A DNA stretch of 64,000 nucleotides, from assembly GCF_009914755.1 (NCBI RefSeq), contig NC_060938.1. One strand, given 5' to 3'. The notes beneath the pieces were generated by a model, which saw nothing but the letters and a program-made list of their open reading frames with translations, had not been told where the DNA came from and made no database searches. The position numbers and the translations under genes were made by a program. Positions 44,423 through 59,240 of this stretch are shown here, one piece after another. Within the stretch, counting starts at the first letter, position 1. Each line of letters opens with the position of its first letter. Origin of the DNA: the human T2T-CHM13v2.0 reference genome, Homo sapiens.

Positions 44423-45681
44423 TGTGTCCGGAATTGGTCGGTTCTTGGTCTCACTGACTTCAAGAATGAAGCCGCGGACCCTCACGGTGAGTGTTACAGT
44501 TCTTAAAGGCAGCGTGCCTGGAGTTTTTCCCTTCTAATGTCAGCATGTGTTTGGAGTTTCTTTCTTCTGGTGGGTTCGTGGTCTTTCTGGCTCAGGAGTG
44601 AAGCTGCAGACCTTTGTGGTGAGTGTTACAGCTCATAAAGGCAGTGTGGACCCAAAGAGTGAGCAGCAGCAGGATTTATTGCAAAGAACGAAAGAACAAA
44701 GCTTCCACAGTGTGGATGGGGACCCGAGAGGGTTGCCACTGCTGGCTCGGGCAGCTGCTTTTATTCTCTTATCTGGCCCCACCCACATCCTGCTGATTGG
44801 TCCATTTTACAGAGAACCAATTGGTCTGTTTTACAGAGAGCTGATTGGTCCCTTTTCACAGGGTGCTGATTGATGCATTTACAATCCTTGAGCTAGACAC
44901 AAAGTTCACCACGTCTCTACTAGATTAGCTAGATACAGAGTGTTGATTGGTGTATTTACAAACGCTGAGCTAGACACGGGGTGCTGATTTGTGTGTTTAT
45001 AAACCTTGAGCTAGATACAAAGTGTCGATTGGTGTATTTACAATCCCTTATCTAGACATAAAGTTTCTCCAAGTCCCCACCAGACTCAGGAGCCCAGCTG
45101 GCTTCACCCAGTGGATCCCGCACCAGGGCCGCAGGTGGAGCTGCCTGCCTGCCAGTCACACGCTGTGCTCCCGAACTCCTCAGCCCTTGGGTTGCCGATG
45201 GGACTGGGTGCCATGGAACAGGGGGTGGAGCTCGTTGGGGAGGCTCGGGCCGCACAGGAGCCCTTGGCAGGAGTGGGGGAGAGGCTCAGGCAAGGCGGGC
45301 TGTAGTTCCCGAGCCCTGCCCCGTGGGGAGGCAGCTAAGGCCTGGCGAGAAGTCGAGCACAGCAGCTGCTGGCCCAGGTGCTAAGCCCCTCACTGCCTGG
45401 GGCTGGCGGGGCCAGCTGGCCGCTCCAAGTGCGGGGCCGCCAAGCCCACGCCCACCCGGAACTCGCGCTGGCCTGGAAGCACCGCGGGCAGCCGCGGTTC
45501 CTGCCCGCTCCCCGCAAGATAAGGGAGCCGGCTCCGGCATTGGCCTGCTGAGAAAGGGGCTCCCACAGTGCAGCGGTGAGCTGAAGGGCTCCTCAAGCGC
45601 GGCCAGAGTGGGCACCAAGGCCGAGGAGGCACCAAGAGTGAGCGAGGGCTGTGAGGGCTGCCAGCATGCTGTCACCTCTCA
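44423..45681 (-). mobile_element. LTR12 (ERV9) solo LTR, inserted into an MLT1F-like fragment
   Basis: On - it runs TGAGAGGTGACAGCATGCTGGC...AATTCCGGACACA, with a 4-bp TSD CTCA (44419-22 / 45682-85). Internal ~41-bp CCAAT-containing tandem repeats at ~44790-45060. Confidence 0.95.
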
Positions 45682-46419
45682 CTCATGAGACTGAAGCTGT
45701 GTCTCAACTGAAGCTTGACTGGGAAGGATGCACTTCTGAGCTCAATCTGGTTAGTTGTGCATTATTGTTTTGACTCAGTTCTTAGTTTCTTTCTGTCTTT
45801 GGTCAGGGCACTCTCTCTATTCTCTGTCACACAAGCCTGTAAAAATGAAAGCTTAAAACACTGAAGCTCGCTTCTCCAGAGCAAAGTATGCGACAGACAG
45901 AGAGAAAGACAGGAAAAAAGGAAGTAAACAATATCACAAGAGAGAGAAAGTAAGAAGCAAGTGACAATCTTTTCATAATCAAATATTGGAAGTGACATTC
46001 CCTATTTTCCAATGTATTCTACTGCCATGAAGTGAGTCACTAACCACTTACTGTTTACATTTGGGTGTGTATAGTTGGAAATAAAAATTATTATGAGCCA
46101 TCATGAAGGCTGTGCACTATGTATGCCAAGGTGAGACAAATGGGCCTGATTCTAAATATAATGAGAAGGTACTACAATGTGTGTTGTTGTTATTGTTGTT
46201 GTTCTGGCCAAAGAATAACAACATCTAAATTTTATTCAATTTCAATGTTTTCATGGTGGAGTTTGAAAAATAAATTCAAGAGGGGACATGACTTTCTCAA
46301 GATTCAAGTTATAAAACCCAGGCATGTTTGAGAGATATTCAAGCAATGTCCCATCCCTTGTAGTTTCTTTCTCTAAGTTTATGCAGTAGCTGTGTTTAAT
46401 ATCAAACCCAACAGTCATG

Positions 46420-46930
46420 CATATCATTTTATACATATCTCATGAGATCCCTTGCAGCTGGATGCCACCATAATCCCCACTGTGCAGGCTGTGAGACTAT
46501 GGAGCCCCTGAGAGGCACAATGACATACTTGGCATCACAGAATTAATACATTAAACATAAAGACTTTAACTCAGCTTGTATCCTCAAACTTGTGGCTCTG
46601 GCTGCATTCCATTTCCTCCGGGACTGGTGCAGGAGGTGCTGTATTTGCATAATTGTGCACAAGTAATCAGATGACTTGGGAGAGAATGGCGAGCAGTCAG
46701 CAGTGCAGAAAAGCCTTTGAGTAGGTCTTATTGAAGGAAGATAGGTCTTATTGAAAGAAGAATAATACCTTCAAGAAGTGACCTCATTTCTTTGGTGAAA
46801 GGCCCTAACAGTACTAAGTATTCTGGTAACCAAAAACTCACATTCTAAAGACTGTCGACCATACAGCACTGTTGGCCAGAATCTCTCAAGAGAGAAAGAT
46901 GTTCTGCTGTATAACAACTTTCTGAGGCTC
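46420..46930 (+). pseudogene. RalGDS-related pseudogene copy 3: promoter and truncated exon 1 (ATG at 46899)
   Basis: ATGTTCTGCTGTATAACAACTTTCTGAGGCTC compares with copy 1 ATGTTCTCCTGCTATGTCTTGAATTTCTGAGGCTC. The upstream ~480 bp is homologous to 35410-35863. Confidence 0.7.
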
Positions 46931-47181
46931 TTTCTTGTGAGGTTCTGTTCCTCACAAGTAGCACTTTCTAGCTATGTCTTCACACGACAGAAGGGGCATG
47001 AATATTCCTTTCAACCTCCGTCACACGGGCACTATTATTTTCTCGTTAACATGCAGCCCTCCTGACTTAATAACTTTCTCAAAGTTCCAATAACTAATAG
47101 TATCACACTGAATCCACGTGTGGATTAAGTTTTTAAATATGAATGTGGAGAGTGAGGAACACAAATATCCAGACCATAGCA
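46931..47181 (-). mobile_element. MaLR LTR fragment (MLT1A/MST-like) truncating exon 1 of copy 3
   Basis: Ends ...GGAACACAAATATCCAGACCATAGCA. Confidence 0.7.
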
Positions 47182-47284
47182 AAAAGTTAATAAGCAATAA
47201 CAATTGCAGTGGACAGTATTATTAATGCTTGGGATATGGGAATTTGATGTTTCTATCACAAAGGTTAAAAAATGGTTTATCCTT

Positions 47285-47575
47285 GGCCGGGCATGATGGC
47301 TCAAGCCTGTAATCCAAGCACTTTGGGATGTCAAGGCAGGCGGATCACAAGGTCAGGAGATCGAGACCATCCTGGCTAATACGGTGAAACCCCGTCTATA
47401 CTAAAAGTCCAAAAAAAACTGCTGGGTGTGGTGGCGGGCGCCTGTAGTCCCCGCTACTCGGGAAGCTGAGGCAGGAAAAAGGTGTGAACCCAGGAGGTGG
47501 AGCTTTCAGTGAGCTGAGATCACACCAGTGCACTCCAGCCTCGGAGACAGAGCAAGACTCCATCAAAAAAATAAA
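47285..47575 (+). mobile_element. AluY/Sc
   Basis: Full dimer with A tail. Confidence 0.92.
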
Positions 47576-48696
47576 ATTAAATTAAAACATACAACAAAAT
47601 TAAGGTCCAATTAAAGGTAAATATATATAGCAAAAAAAAAAAATTCAAGCTCTGATAAGGTTAATTATAACAGATTGTGCCAGAATTTTGAGATTTCTGG
47701 CGATGGACAGAGCCCAAGAGTTTCCTTCTATAACAATTTCTGTGAAGTTTCTTACACTCTTATTCAATTTGAACGTGGATAAATGGGTTTTCTCTGTTTT
47801 GTTATTTAAGAGATTCATGATAAGGAAGGCCTATTTATGCATGATTCTTAAACAATTATTGAGTCAGTGGTGTCTGCTGAGGAAGGGCACAGAATCTCAT
47901 GCCCACAGAAGCATGATGTTCTGTCAGATAGGAGACTTCTCCCAGAGCCAGAACTTCATCTTTCAAATGGAATTAGAGATTTTCACAGGCATACATTGCT
48001 CTGAAGCCCTATCAGAGGCTTAGCACTGAGAATATGACCAAAGAAGGTGACTAATAAACATATGACCTAGTACTCTGATCTACAGTGATTCTACCCTCTC
48101 AAATAGCTCTGCCCTGGCTCTGGAATCTTTTCTGGATTCATCTACCAGAAACAGGTACACTGAAAGATTGAGAAGAAGCTTTTATTCTCACTGTGAGTCT
48201 TGCTCTGTCTCACCATCTTCTCTAGAAGTGCAATGTTCTAACTATTCCTGAGAGACTTCATCTCAGGTAGCTCTCTCTGACAACATAATTGAGAAGAGAA
48301 AGGAGCAAGACTCAGATTATCTTGAAGGCTTGTCTAGGGTTCTTACATGATTTATGTCTCCAATTTATGTCAATATTGACAAATATAGATTCATCTCTAG
48401 ATGGTAGAAAAACAGAAGGAGGAGCCTCTGCTCACAGAGAAAATAAAAGATGAATTCAATGTTTTGTAGAGCCAGCTTATTTTAAACCATGGGGCATTTA
48501 ATCTTTTTAGAAAAAAACAAAAGCAATAGGGTTTTTTGTTTTTGTTTTTGCTTTTGCTTTTGTGTTTTGGTTTTGGTTTTTTTTTTTGTTTTGTTTTTTC
48601 CCTGAAGCAACTCAACTGTGGCCTCAGACAACTGGGCACTGAGAACGCATGCTCCTCACTAGAATTTCATTACTACATTGCAGAGAAATGGGATAA

Positions 48697-48988
<292 letters not shown>

Positions 48989-49224
48989 CAAAGGATTCTT
49001 AAGGGTGATATGGGGGATGGAATGGAAAAAATAAACTTAGTCTTTGCACTTCCACCTGGTCTAACTAACCCTACTCTCATCCTATCCCGAAATTATTGCC
49101 AGACTTTTCTGGAGTGTGCCGGGGCAATTCAGAAGGAAAAGAGGTTATTCATGCCTATCCATTTCCTATAGCTCCTGAGATCTAAGTCGTTCAGTCCCCT
49201 GGTTTCAGGTTGTTGCTCCCCTTC

Positions 49225-49913
49225 TATATCCTCAGAATTAATGTGATCCATTCCAATACTTATAATTGTACCTTTATCTGATCCCCTCCTATTTTGCTGT
49301 AGACATTTTATGTAGTAGAGCCAGTTGTAATAGAGACAAGAATGTTTATATACACCATAATCAGAACTAAATTGGAGTTCCATAACCCCCTTTTTGACTG
49401 GGCTGCTACTCAGAAATCATACAAACCAGGCTGCCTGGAGGTTGCAGTTAGGAGAAATCACATCTTGCCCAGGAATGTCAGTGTGGAACCTCAAATTTGG
49501 AAAATAGATTCCTATAGCCCCAATCATTTTGCAACACTTCTGCAGAGTTAAAAGAAAGCCAGTATCTAACAGAAAATCTTGAGCTTGCAGAATAACAGAC
49601 AAGAAAAAAAAAACAAAAACTCAACTTGCCAAAACACTGAAACTCCCTCTACTTATGAAATAAACAAACTGGCTTAAATTGGTGGAATCAATATGGCCAA
49701 ATGGTGTTTTGGCAGAATCACCTTGCTGAGGTCACAGTCTGAATTTTCACTGCCTGTTTCATCACAACTCCCCTTCAGTTTGCCCATGAGATCCATGAGG
49801 AGGCAATGAGCTTGAGAGTAACGTTTCAGTATAAAATTGCTTTCTCTTAAAAACCTGATGTCATAGTATTGGCTTCTAGCACTTCAAGAAGTGAGCTCCT
49901 TTTACTCAATAAC
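49225..49913 (+). mobile_element. ERV1-class LTR (MER72-like)
   Basis: Homologous to 34255-34738 and ends CAATAACA. The 5' boundary is approximate. Confidence 0.55.
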
Positions 49914-52244
49914 AATGTTATCTATATCTTAGAGACAGTCAACAGGAGATAATCTCTTCTGGGACCAAAGAAGGTGACTAATAAACCATTTAATCAACAC
50001 ATTACCTAACCAAAAGCTGTGGACCCTGATGAGGAAAATAAGTTAAAATGAGACTATTGGCTCATTTTAATAGATATGGTGATAAAAGCAAAAAAAAAAA
50101 AAAAAAGAGAGAATTTAAGCGGTCTCAAATACCTAAAAGATGACATGGATTAGCTTCAAGTAACACATAATGTGGCTGGAGTCAGCTGATCTTTATGCTG
50201 AAAGTGTCAACAGTAGTGACAAATACTTCAAGTAATGGGTCAAAAGTCTAAGACAGTCATTCTGCCAGAAATGTTCTGGGACTTCCCCATACATGGGACA
50301 CGTAGATCAACTTTCTCCAAGAACCACCAACCTGGCATGCAGTGATGACCTCTGCAGTAGACAGGGATTTAGGCTTGATTGTTGTTCATCTCTTTGGAGA
50401 CATAACCCTAATTGTGAACTTCTAAATTAATGGCCTGACAATTAGATCAGCAGCTAAGATAAATTTCAGTTTGCAGCCCCAAAGAAGATGTTCTTAATTA
50501 GACAGTTAATCATTTTCAATATGGAAGCCTAAACACGTAGAATGTGGCAATAACCCGGAACTCTCAGTTCTGACAATTGAGTGAAGTAATCACCCCAGAT
50601 TCAGGTTCTTCATTGGCTGACAATGAGATCAAACACCCACACCAGCCCAGTGAACACCATGAGGTGTCATCTTCCCTGGCCCATTAGTGAACCAGGAACA
50701 GATATTTAGAAAATATTCAGTAAATTGGGGAGTCCCACAGAGTCAGAAAGTTTGCTTGAGATAGTGGAGGGTGGCATAAAATTTCTACCGAATATGAATT
50801 TTAATTTTTACTTTAGTGTCGTTTCTATTTTAGTCTAATTTCCTTCTAGAATATGTTATTTCTATTTACCAAGTGGCCTCCTGTGGTCTTTTTCATAGAG
50901 TTCAAATCGACCCATCTAAAAACAGAAAGATCAAGCTAACGACCTCCCTCAGGGGTCAGAATTCAGTTTCACAGCTCTGTAGCAAGCTCATTGTTGACTT
51001 ACAAATTAGTGTAACCAATAGTAATGTCATGGTGGCCATAACTCCAACATCCCAAAAAGTACCTCAAGGTAGAGGCTGACTTCATTTATCAGAGGATTCA
51101 AATGGCAAAATCAAGCTTTACTAGATCACTGGATTACTGGAAGAAGTGAGCAATGCGAATCTGCAATATAGTTTCACTAAACTTTAATAGGACAGCAAGA
51201 CTGTAGATATTTTAGCCCTCTCAAAATATGAATCTTCTGATCCTTTCATCTAGAATCTCTATGTGTGCCATAAAGTCCTAACTGTGCTTGTGCCTATACT
51301 TTCTGTTCATGCAGAGATTAAAAGACAAACAGGTGGGAGCTTAGTGTTTTAGCGTTTTTCCTGAGAATCTGTCTAGCCTAGAGCATCCCCATTTTTTTCT
51401 AGATTCCAAGGAGTACTATCACTATCCTAATTCTCAGTGTCTTGTTTCCAAGTATTTCCTCCTACGATTGTCAGCGTGACTACCTTTTTACCCCACTGAT
51501 AGTGTTTGCTCCAGGTGAACTGGGTAGTTCATTTTTATTTAAATGCTTCCATAAACATTAAGCTATTAATTTAAGATTTCTTTGTTTTTTATAAAGTAAT
51601 TCTGCTGTTTCCCTCAGAGCTCAACTTTCACTAAGTCTCATAAATTTTATTATGTTTTGTCTAAATGTCTATTTATGTTAAAATATTCTCTGACACTATT
51701 TGTACATTTTTTATTCATTAATTATTTAAGATTGTGTCATTTAATGCACACATGTTTGCATTTCCCAAATTTCTTGCTTTTTTGGTCTCTAATTTTCTCT
51801 TTTGTGATTAGAAAACATTCATTTTATTATTTCAATCTTTCAATTTTATTGATTTTTTTTATGATGCAGCATATTCTCCATTCTAGAGAATGTTCTATGT
51901 GCATTTGGGAAGAATATATATTCTGATTTGGGGTGAAGAGTTCTCCATATATCTCTAGTTTTATTTGGTTTATGTTATTCATGTCTTCTATTTCCTTGTT
52001 TCTCTTATGTCTAGTTCTTCTACCCAATAGTGTAAGTGGGGAAGTGAAGCTTGCAATTTTTATTGTTGAAACTATTGTTGCAACTATTTCTGCCTTTATT
52101 TCTATCAGTTTTGCTTTATGTACTTCTGTGAACTTTTGTTACATTCATATATGTTAATTTATTTTCCTCATGAATTTATCCTTCTAATTATAATCTATCT
52201 TCATCTCTAGTAATAGTATTTGTTGTCTTAAAGTATATCCTAAT

Positions 52245-54065
52245 TTTTTGATTTTTGGTTTTTCTGGGTGCATAGTAGGTGTATACCTTTATGAAGTATA
52301 TAGAATATTTTGATACCGTCATACAATGTGTAATAATTACATCAGAGTTAATGGGGTATTCATCACATGAAGTATTACTATTGGATTTCAAATAACCAAA
52401 TTATACAATTTCTGTTATTTTAAAATGTACACTTAAATTATTCTTAACTAGAGTCACCTTGTGCTGTCAAATGCTAGAACTGATTCATTCTTTCTAACTA
52501 TATTTTTATACCCATTAACCATTCCCACCTCCCCGCCCTCAACCTTCTACTACTTCTCTCAGCCTCTGGAGACCATCATTCTACTCTTTATCTCCATTAA
52601 TTCTTTGGTTTTAATTTTTAGCTTTAACAAATAAGTGAGAACGTGTGAAGTTTGTCTTTCTATACCTGGCTTATTTCACTTAATAAAATGACCTTCAGTT
52701 TAACCCATGTTTTTACAAATGACAGAATCTCATTCATTTTTATGTCTGAATAGTACTACATTGTGTATATGTACCACTTTTTTGTTTATTCATCTGTCGA
52801 TAAACACCTATGTTACTTCCAAATCTTGGCTATTGTGAATAGTGTTGCAGTAAACACAGGAGTACAGCTATCACTTCAATACACAGATTTTTCTCTCTTT
52901 TGGATATATACCTAACAGTGAAATTGCTGGATTGTACAGAAGCTCTATTTTTAGTTTTCTGATGAACCTTCAAGCTGTTCTCCATAGTGGTTCCACCAAC
53001 TTACATTCCCACCAACAGCATATGAGGGTTCCCTTTTCTCCGCATGCTTGTCAGCATTTGTTATTGCCTTTTAGCTAAAACCCACTTTAACTGGGGTGAA
53101 GTAATAGCTCATTGTAATTTTGATTTGCATTTCTCTGATGATTCATGATGTTGATCATCTTTTCATATACCTATTTGCCATTTGCGTGTCTTTATTGGAG
53201 TAATGTCTGTTTACATATTTTGCCTATTTTTTAAAATAGGATTATTAGATTTTATTTTCTATAGAGTTATTTGAGCGCCTTCTATGTTTTGGTTACAAAT
53301 CCATTTTCAGATAGGTAGTTTGAAAATATTTTCTTTCATTCTGTGGGTTGTTTTCTGACTTTGTTGATTCTTTTCTGTGCCATGCAAAATTTTATAACTT
53401 GGTGTGATACCAATTTTCCATTTTGCTTTGGTTGCCTATGCTTGTGAGGTGTTACTCAAGAAATCTTTGCTTAATCCAAGGTTTTTTAGAATTTCCCCAA
53501 TGTTTTCTTTCAGAAGTTTCATAGTTTGCAGTTTTACATTTAAATATTTAATCCATTTTGATTTAGTTTTTGCACATGGCAAAAGATAGAGGTCTAGTTT
53601 TATTCCTCTGCATATGGATATCCAGATTTACCATCACTGTTTATTGAAGAGACTGAGTTTTTATTCTTAATATATTTTCTTGGTGCCTATGTAAAAAATG
53701 AGTTCACTGTAGATGGATGGTTTGGTTCTGGGTTCTCTATTCTGCTCCATTTTCCTGTGTGTCTGTTTTTATGCCAGTACTATGCTGTTTTGGTTACTAC
53801 ACATCGGTAGTATAATTTTGTGTAATGTAATAATGTATGCTATGTAATGGGATTCCTCCAGTTTTATTCTTTTTGCTCAGGATAGCTTTAGCTATTCTAG
53901 GTCTTTTGTGATTATATATAAATTTAAGATTTTTTAGAGCTGTTGTATTTATTTGTGTGAGGAATGTCAATGGTATTTTTACAGAAATTGCATTGAATCT
54001 GTAGCTTGCTTTGTGTAGCATGGACATTTTAATATTGATTCTTCCAATCCATAAACACAGAACAC
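52245..54065 (-). mobile_element. L1MA-like 3' segment (ORF2 end plus 3'UTR)
   Basis: Antisense L1MA 3'UTR (GGTGCATAGTAGGTGTATA...) and an ORF2 fragment WIGRINI...YRFNAI. Confidence 0.85.
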
Positions 54066-54069
54066 TGAC

Positions 54070-57000
54070 TAATACAATCTGCAAATGGGTAGTTTGACTT
54101 CCTCTCCTCTTATTTGAATGCCTTTATTTTTTTCTCTTGTCTGATTGCTCTGGCCAGGATTTTCAATACTATGTTGAACAGGGCTGGTAAGAGAGGGCAT
54201 CTTTGTCTTGTGCCAGTTTCCAAGAAAAATGCTTCCAGTTTCACCCATTCAGTATAAAGTTGGCTGTGGGTTTGTCATAGATGACTTTTATTATTTCAAA
54301 GCATGTTTCCTCAATACCTAGTATATGGAGAGTTTTAACATAAAGTGGTTTTGAATTTTAATGAAAGCTCTTTCTGCATCTATTACAATAATCATGAGGT
54401 TTTTGTCTTTCGTTCTGTTTGTATTATGAATCACATTTATTGATTTGCATATGTTGAACCAACCTTGCATCCCAGGGAAAAAGCCTACTTGATTGTGGTG
54501 GATAGGCTTTTTGGTGTGCTGCTGGATTTGGTTTGCCAGTATTTTATGGAGAATTTTTGCATCAATATTCATCAAAGATATGAAATTTTTCTTTCTTTTG
54601 CTTTTCTTCCAGGTTTTGATATCAGAAGGGTGCTGGCCTCATAGGATGAGTGAGGAAGATGATCCTCCTCAAATTTTTGGGAGTTTCAGTAGGAATGATA
54701 CCAAATTCTTCTTTGCATATCCAGTAGAATTTGGCGGGGAATTCGTCTTTTCCTGGGCTTTTTAAAATTGATAGTCTATTTATTACAGATTCAATTTTGG
54801 AGCATGTTATTGGTCTGTTCAGGGATTCAATTTCTTCCTGGTTCAGTCTTGGAAAGGTGTACATGTCCAGGAATTTATCTATTTGTTCTAGGTGTTGTAG
54901 TTTTTTTGCATAAAGGTGTTCATCGTATTCTCCGATGTTTATTTCTATTTCTGAGGAGCCAGTGGTAATATCCCCTTTGTTGTTTCTGATTGTCTTTGTT
55001 TGGATCTTCTCTCTTTTCCTCTATATTAGTCTAGCTAGTAGTCCACATTTAAAACAAAACCTACTCCTGGATTCATTAATCTTTTAGTTTTTTTGTGTGT
55101 GTCCTAATCTCAGTTTATCTCTGATTTTGGTTATTTCTGTCTTCTTCCAGCTTTGGGGTTGGATAGCTCTTCATTCTCTAGATGTTTTAGTTGTGATATT
55201 GAGTGGTTAAATTGAGATCTTTGTTACTTTTTGTGGTGGGTGTTCAGCAACATCAGTTTTTTTCTCAACACTGATTTAGTTGCATCTCAGGGATTCTGGT
55301 AGGTTGTGTCTTTGTTCTTATTACTTTCAAATAACTTTTTGATTGATGCCTTAATTTCATTATTCACACAAAAGTCATTCAGGAGTGAGTTATTTAATTT
55401 TTATGTAATCATATGGTATTGAGTATTGGTTTTCTCAACTTTTACCTCCAATTTTACTGTACTCTGGTCTCGGAGAGTGGTTGTCATAATTTGAATTCTT
55501 TTATAATTTCTGAGAACAGTTTTATGTCGATTAAGTGGTTGATTTTAGAGTATGTGCCATGTGGCAATGAGAACGTATATGTTGTTGTTTTTGGTGGAGA
55601 GTTCTGAAAGTGTCTGTTACATCCATTTGATCCAGTGCTGCATTCAGATCTTGAATATCTTGTTAATTTTCTGCCTTAATAATCTAATATTGTCAATGGG
55701 TTGTTGAAGTTTTTCACTATAAGTGTGTAGGAATCTAAGTCTTTTTAAAGACCTCTAAGAACTTGCTTTATGAATTTGGGTGTTCCTGTGTTGGTTGTGT
55801 ATATATTTAAAATGTATATATTTAAATTTGAATACATATATTCTTGTTGAATTTAAACCTTTAGCATTTTGTAATGCCTTTTTGCCTTTTTAAATCTTTG
55901 TTGTTTTAAAGTCTGTTTGTCTAAACTTAGGGTTGCAACCCATTCTTTCTGCTGTTTTCCATTTGCTTGGTAGATTTTTTATCCCGTCATTTTCAGCCTG
56001 TGAAACTGATTGCATGTGAAATGAGTCTTGATGACAGCATATCATTGGTTCTTTGTTCTTTATCCAGTTTCCCACTGTTTGCCTTTTAATTGGAACATTC
56101 AGCCCATTTACATTCATAGTTAGTGTTGATATGTGTGCATTTGATGCTGCCATTATAATGGTAGCTGCTTATTATGCAGACTTGTTTGTGCGCAACTGGT
56201 CTGTATACCTCAGTGTGTTTTTTTAGTGGCTAATAAAGGTTTTTTTCACCTATATTTAGTTCTTCCTTCAGGAGCTCTTGTAAGGCATGTCTTGTAGTAA
56301 TGAATTTCCTCAGCATTTGCCTGTTTAAAAAGAACTTTATTTCTCCTTTACTTATGAAGCTTAGTTTGGCCAAATACGAGATTGTTGATTGGAATTTATT
56401 TTCTTCAAGGAGGTTAAATATTGGTATTGGTCTCTTCTGGCTTGTAGGATTTCTGCTAAAAGGTGTACTTTTACACTGATAATCTTTCCTTTGTGGTTGA
56501 CCTCCCTTTCCTCTCTAGCTGCATTTGTCATTTTTTCTTTTATTTCATGCTTGAACAATCTGATAACTATGTGTTTTGGTGATTATTATATTATGAAGTA
56601 TCTTACTGGAGTTTTCTGCATTTCCTAAATTTGAATGCTGGCCTCTCTAGCCAGCATTCCCCAGGTTGGGGAAGTTCTCATGAATGATATCCTAAAATAT
56701 GTTTTTCAAATGGCTTCCATTCTCCCCACCTGTTTCATGAACACCAGTGGGTCATACCTTTGGTCTCTTTACATAATCTTATATTTTTCAGAGGCTTGGG
56801 GGTTTTTATTACTCTTTTTTATTTCTGTCTGTATGTCTGACTTCACATAAACAGTCTTCAAACTTTGAGATTCTTTCTTAGCTTTGTCTATTCTACTATT
56901 AATAGTTGTGAATTTCTTATAAAAAAAATTTAGTGTGATATTTTTAGCTCTCTCAGGTTAGTTATGCTCTTAATACTTGCTCTTTTGTCTCTCAGCTCCT

Positions 57001-58388
57001 GTATCATTTCATTATGATTCTTAACGTTTTTGAATTGAGTTTCAAGTTACTTCTGCATTTTAATGATCTTTATTTCTATTCATATTCTGAATTTGATTTC
57101 TGTAATTTTAGCTATCTTGGACTGATTTATAACCTTACTGGAGAGGTAGTGTGGCCATTTGAAGGAAAAGAGGAACTCAGGTTTTTTGAGTTGTCAGAGG
57201 TTTTGTGCTTGTTCTTTCTTATCTTTCTGGGGTGATATTTCTTTAATATTTGAAGTTGTCAACTTTTGGATTTTTCCTTTTATTCTGCTTGATGACCTTA
57301 AGGGTTTAATTGTGTTATAAGGTTGTCTCAGTCGAGTGGTTTTGTGTGTATTCATGCAGGCGAAGGTGGCTGCTCAGGGCTGAGGAGAGTATGCTGTTTT
57401 TTGTGCTTAGTTGTACTCAAATGACAGTGTTGACAAAGGAGCAGGGTGCTGGCGTTGTGGGGCTGATGGCCTCTGTTTCCTCCAAGATTCTGTCTGCAGT
57501 GGTGGTATAGCAGGAGAGGGGGCCTGGAGTACACTCCTACCAACAGCAGTGCCAGGGCAGAATGCATATGCACATGTGCACTGACAGGGCAGGGAAAGCA
57601 AGATCCTTCCATGCACACACACACACACACACACACACACACCAGCATAGTGATGTGTGGGGTGGCAATGGGCCTTGGGGGGAAGCTGCAGTGAGGAGAG
57701 GCAGCAGGCAGGCTGATGCCTGGATGGGGCCACCCCACTGGAGCTGTCTACTAGTCAGACATGATCTGCCAGTTCAGGATCTATGATGCAGGCCCCCAGG
57801 GTACTCAAGGCTGCACTGCAAGCATGCAGGGCCGAATTGGGGTCGCAGGAGAGGCCAGCACACCAACGCAAGCTCAGGTCAAAACAGCCCCATCTGATGG
57901 GCCACCACCCTGCAGACTTTTTGTCCAAAATTTCCCCTAGGGCTAACGTCTCTTATGGGAGCAAGTTAAGCTTATTGGTGTGGGCATCCCTGGACATGCT
58001 TCACTACACATGTTCCCACAATAAACCCTCTTGGCTGTGCACTGGCTGGTGTGCTGCCCCTGTCACTTCTCTAAGCAGCTCTTCCTTTCAACTCATTTTC
58101 CATGATGGTCAGAGGGTCTCTGCCAGTGGGATTCCAGAGGCCAGTCAGGAAAGCAGGTAGCTCCTTGCCACTTAAACTCACCTGTTTTTCTCAGAGTCAC
58201 TGGGGGCCAGAAATCAGTTCCACTGTGCTTTAGCCCTGTGCAGGGTTCCCAGCTTCTGAATCTTAAGTTCAGATGTTGTGTCTTTCCTCCATCCACTATC
58301 AGTACCTGCCCTCGGTTAAGAGTGTGCCAGTCATCCTGGTCCCTGGGTGTCAGCTGTTCCACCTTGGTTTGTCTATTCAGCCATCTTG
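54070..58388 (-). mobile_element. L1PB/old L1PA 5' segment (5'UTR, ORF1, ORF2 EN-RT), with (CA)n at 57615-57642
   Basis: ORF2 fragments MNIDAKIL...QGWFNI and TLTMNVNGLN, an ORF1 remnant, and a 5' end CAAGATGGCTGAATAG on -. Confidence 0.88.
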
Positions 58389-58399
58389 CTCAAACACAC

Positions 58400-59240
58400 A
58401 AAGTCTTATAAATCAATAATAAATAGACAATTGACTACTTGAAAAATGTGCAAGGAATTTGAATTAAAAATTTCTACAGATAAGAAGCAAAATTTGTCAT
58501 TAAATTTAAAATATGTGACATTATTAGTTTAGAGAAATGCAAATCAAAAGCTCAATGACATACTTACTAGAAGACCTGTAAAAGGCAATAAAAAAGGTTG
58601 CCAAAGATATCAAAAATATGAAAGCCTCACACATTGTATGTGGGAGTGTAAAAAACAACCGATTTAAAGAACAATTTGGCAATTATTCAAAATGCTATAA
58701 ATAGTATCACCATATGACTGAGACATTTTACTCTGTTACGTACTCAAAAGAAATGAAAACCTATGACTACACAAAGAATCAGATGTAAATGATCAAAGCA
58801 GCAGTATTTGTAATAGCCCAAAGGGGATAAAACCAAAATATCCATCAAATAATAACAGAAAAAATAACGTGTGGTGTGTCCATACAATAAAATACTATGT
58901 GCCAAACAAAGAAAATGAAGTAATAATACCTGCTATGTCAGGAAAAAACCTCAAAATCACTAAAGTAAGTAAAATAAACCAAATGCAAAAGGGCAGATAA
59001 TTTATGATTTCACTTAAAATAACTTTTAATAAAAGGCTTATATATAAAAACAGGCTAATGATTGCCTATGACCAGGGTAATGAAATCAGTAAGTACAAAA
59101 GAGATTAATTTCTTTTTCCATAGTGATAAGGTTATTTCAAAATTAGATTGTGGTTATGGGTGTCTGTAAATACACTTTAAAAACTTGGAATTGTACACTT
59201 AAAACATGTGATGGTTTTGTTATAAAATTATATCCCTCTA
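58400..59240 (+). mobile_element. Old L1M (L1ME/MC-like) 3' end
   Basis: GAAATGCAAATCAAAAG..., AAAAGAAATGAAAACCTATG..., TGTACACTTAAAA...AAATTATATC. Confidence 0.7.

Noticed and set aside
44547-45688. Cluster of 60-130 aa ORFs
   Set aside because: All lie within GC-rich LTR12 sequence with no protein similarity.
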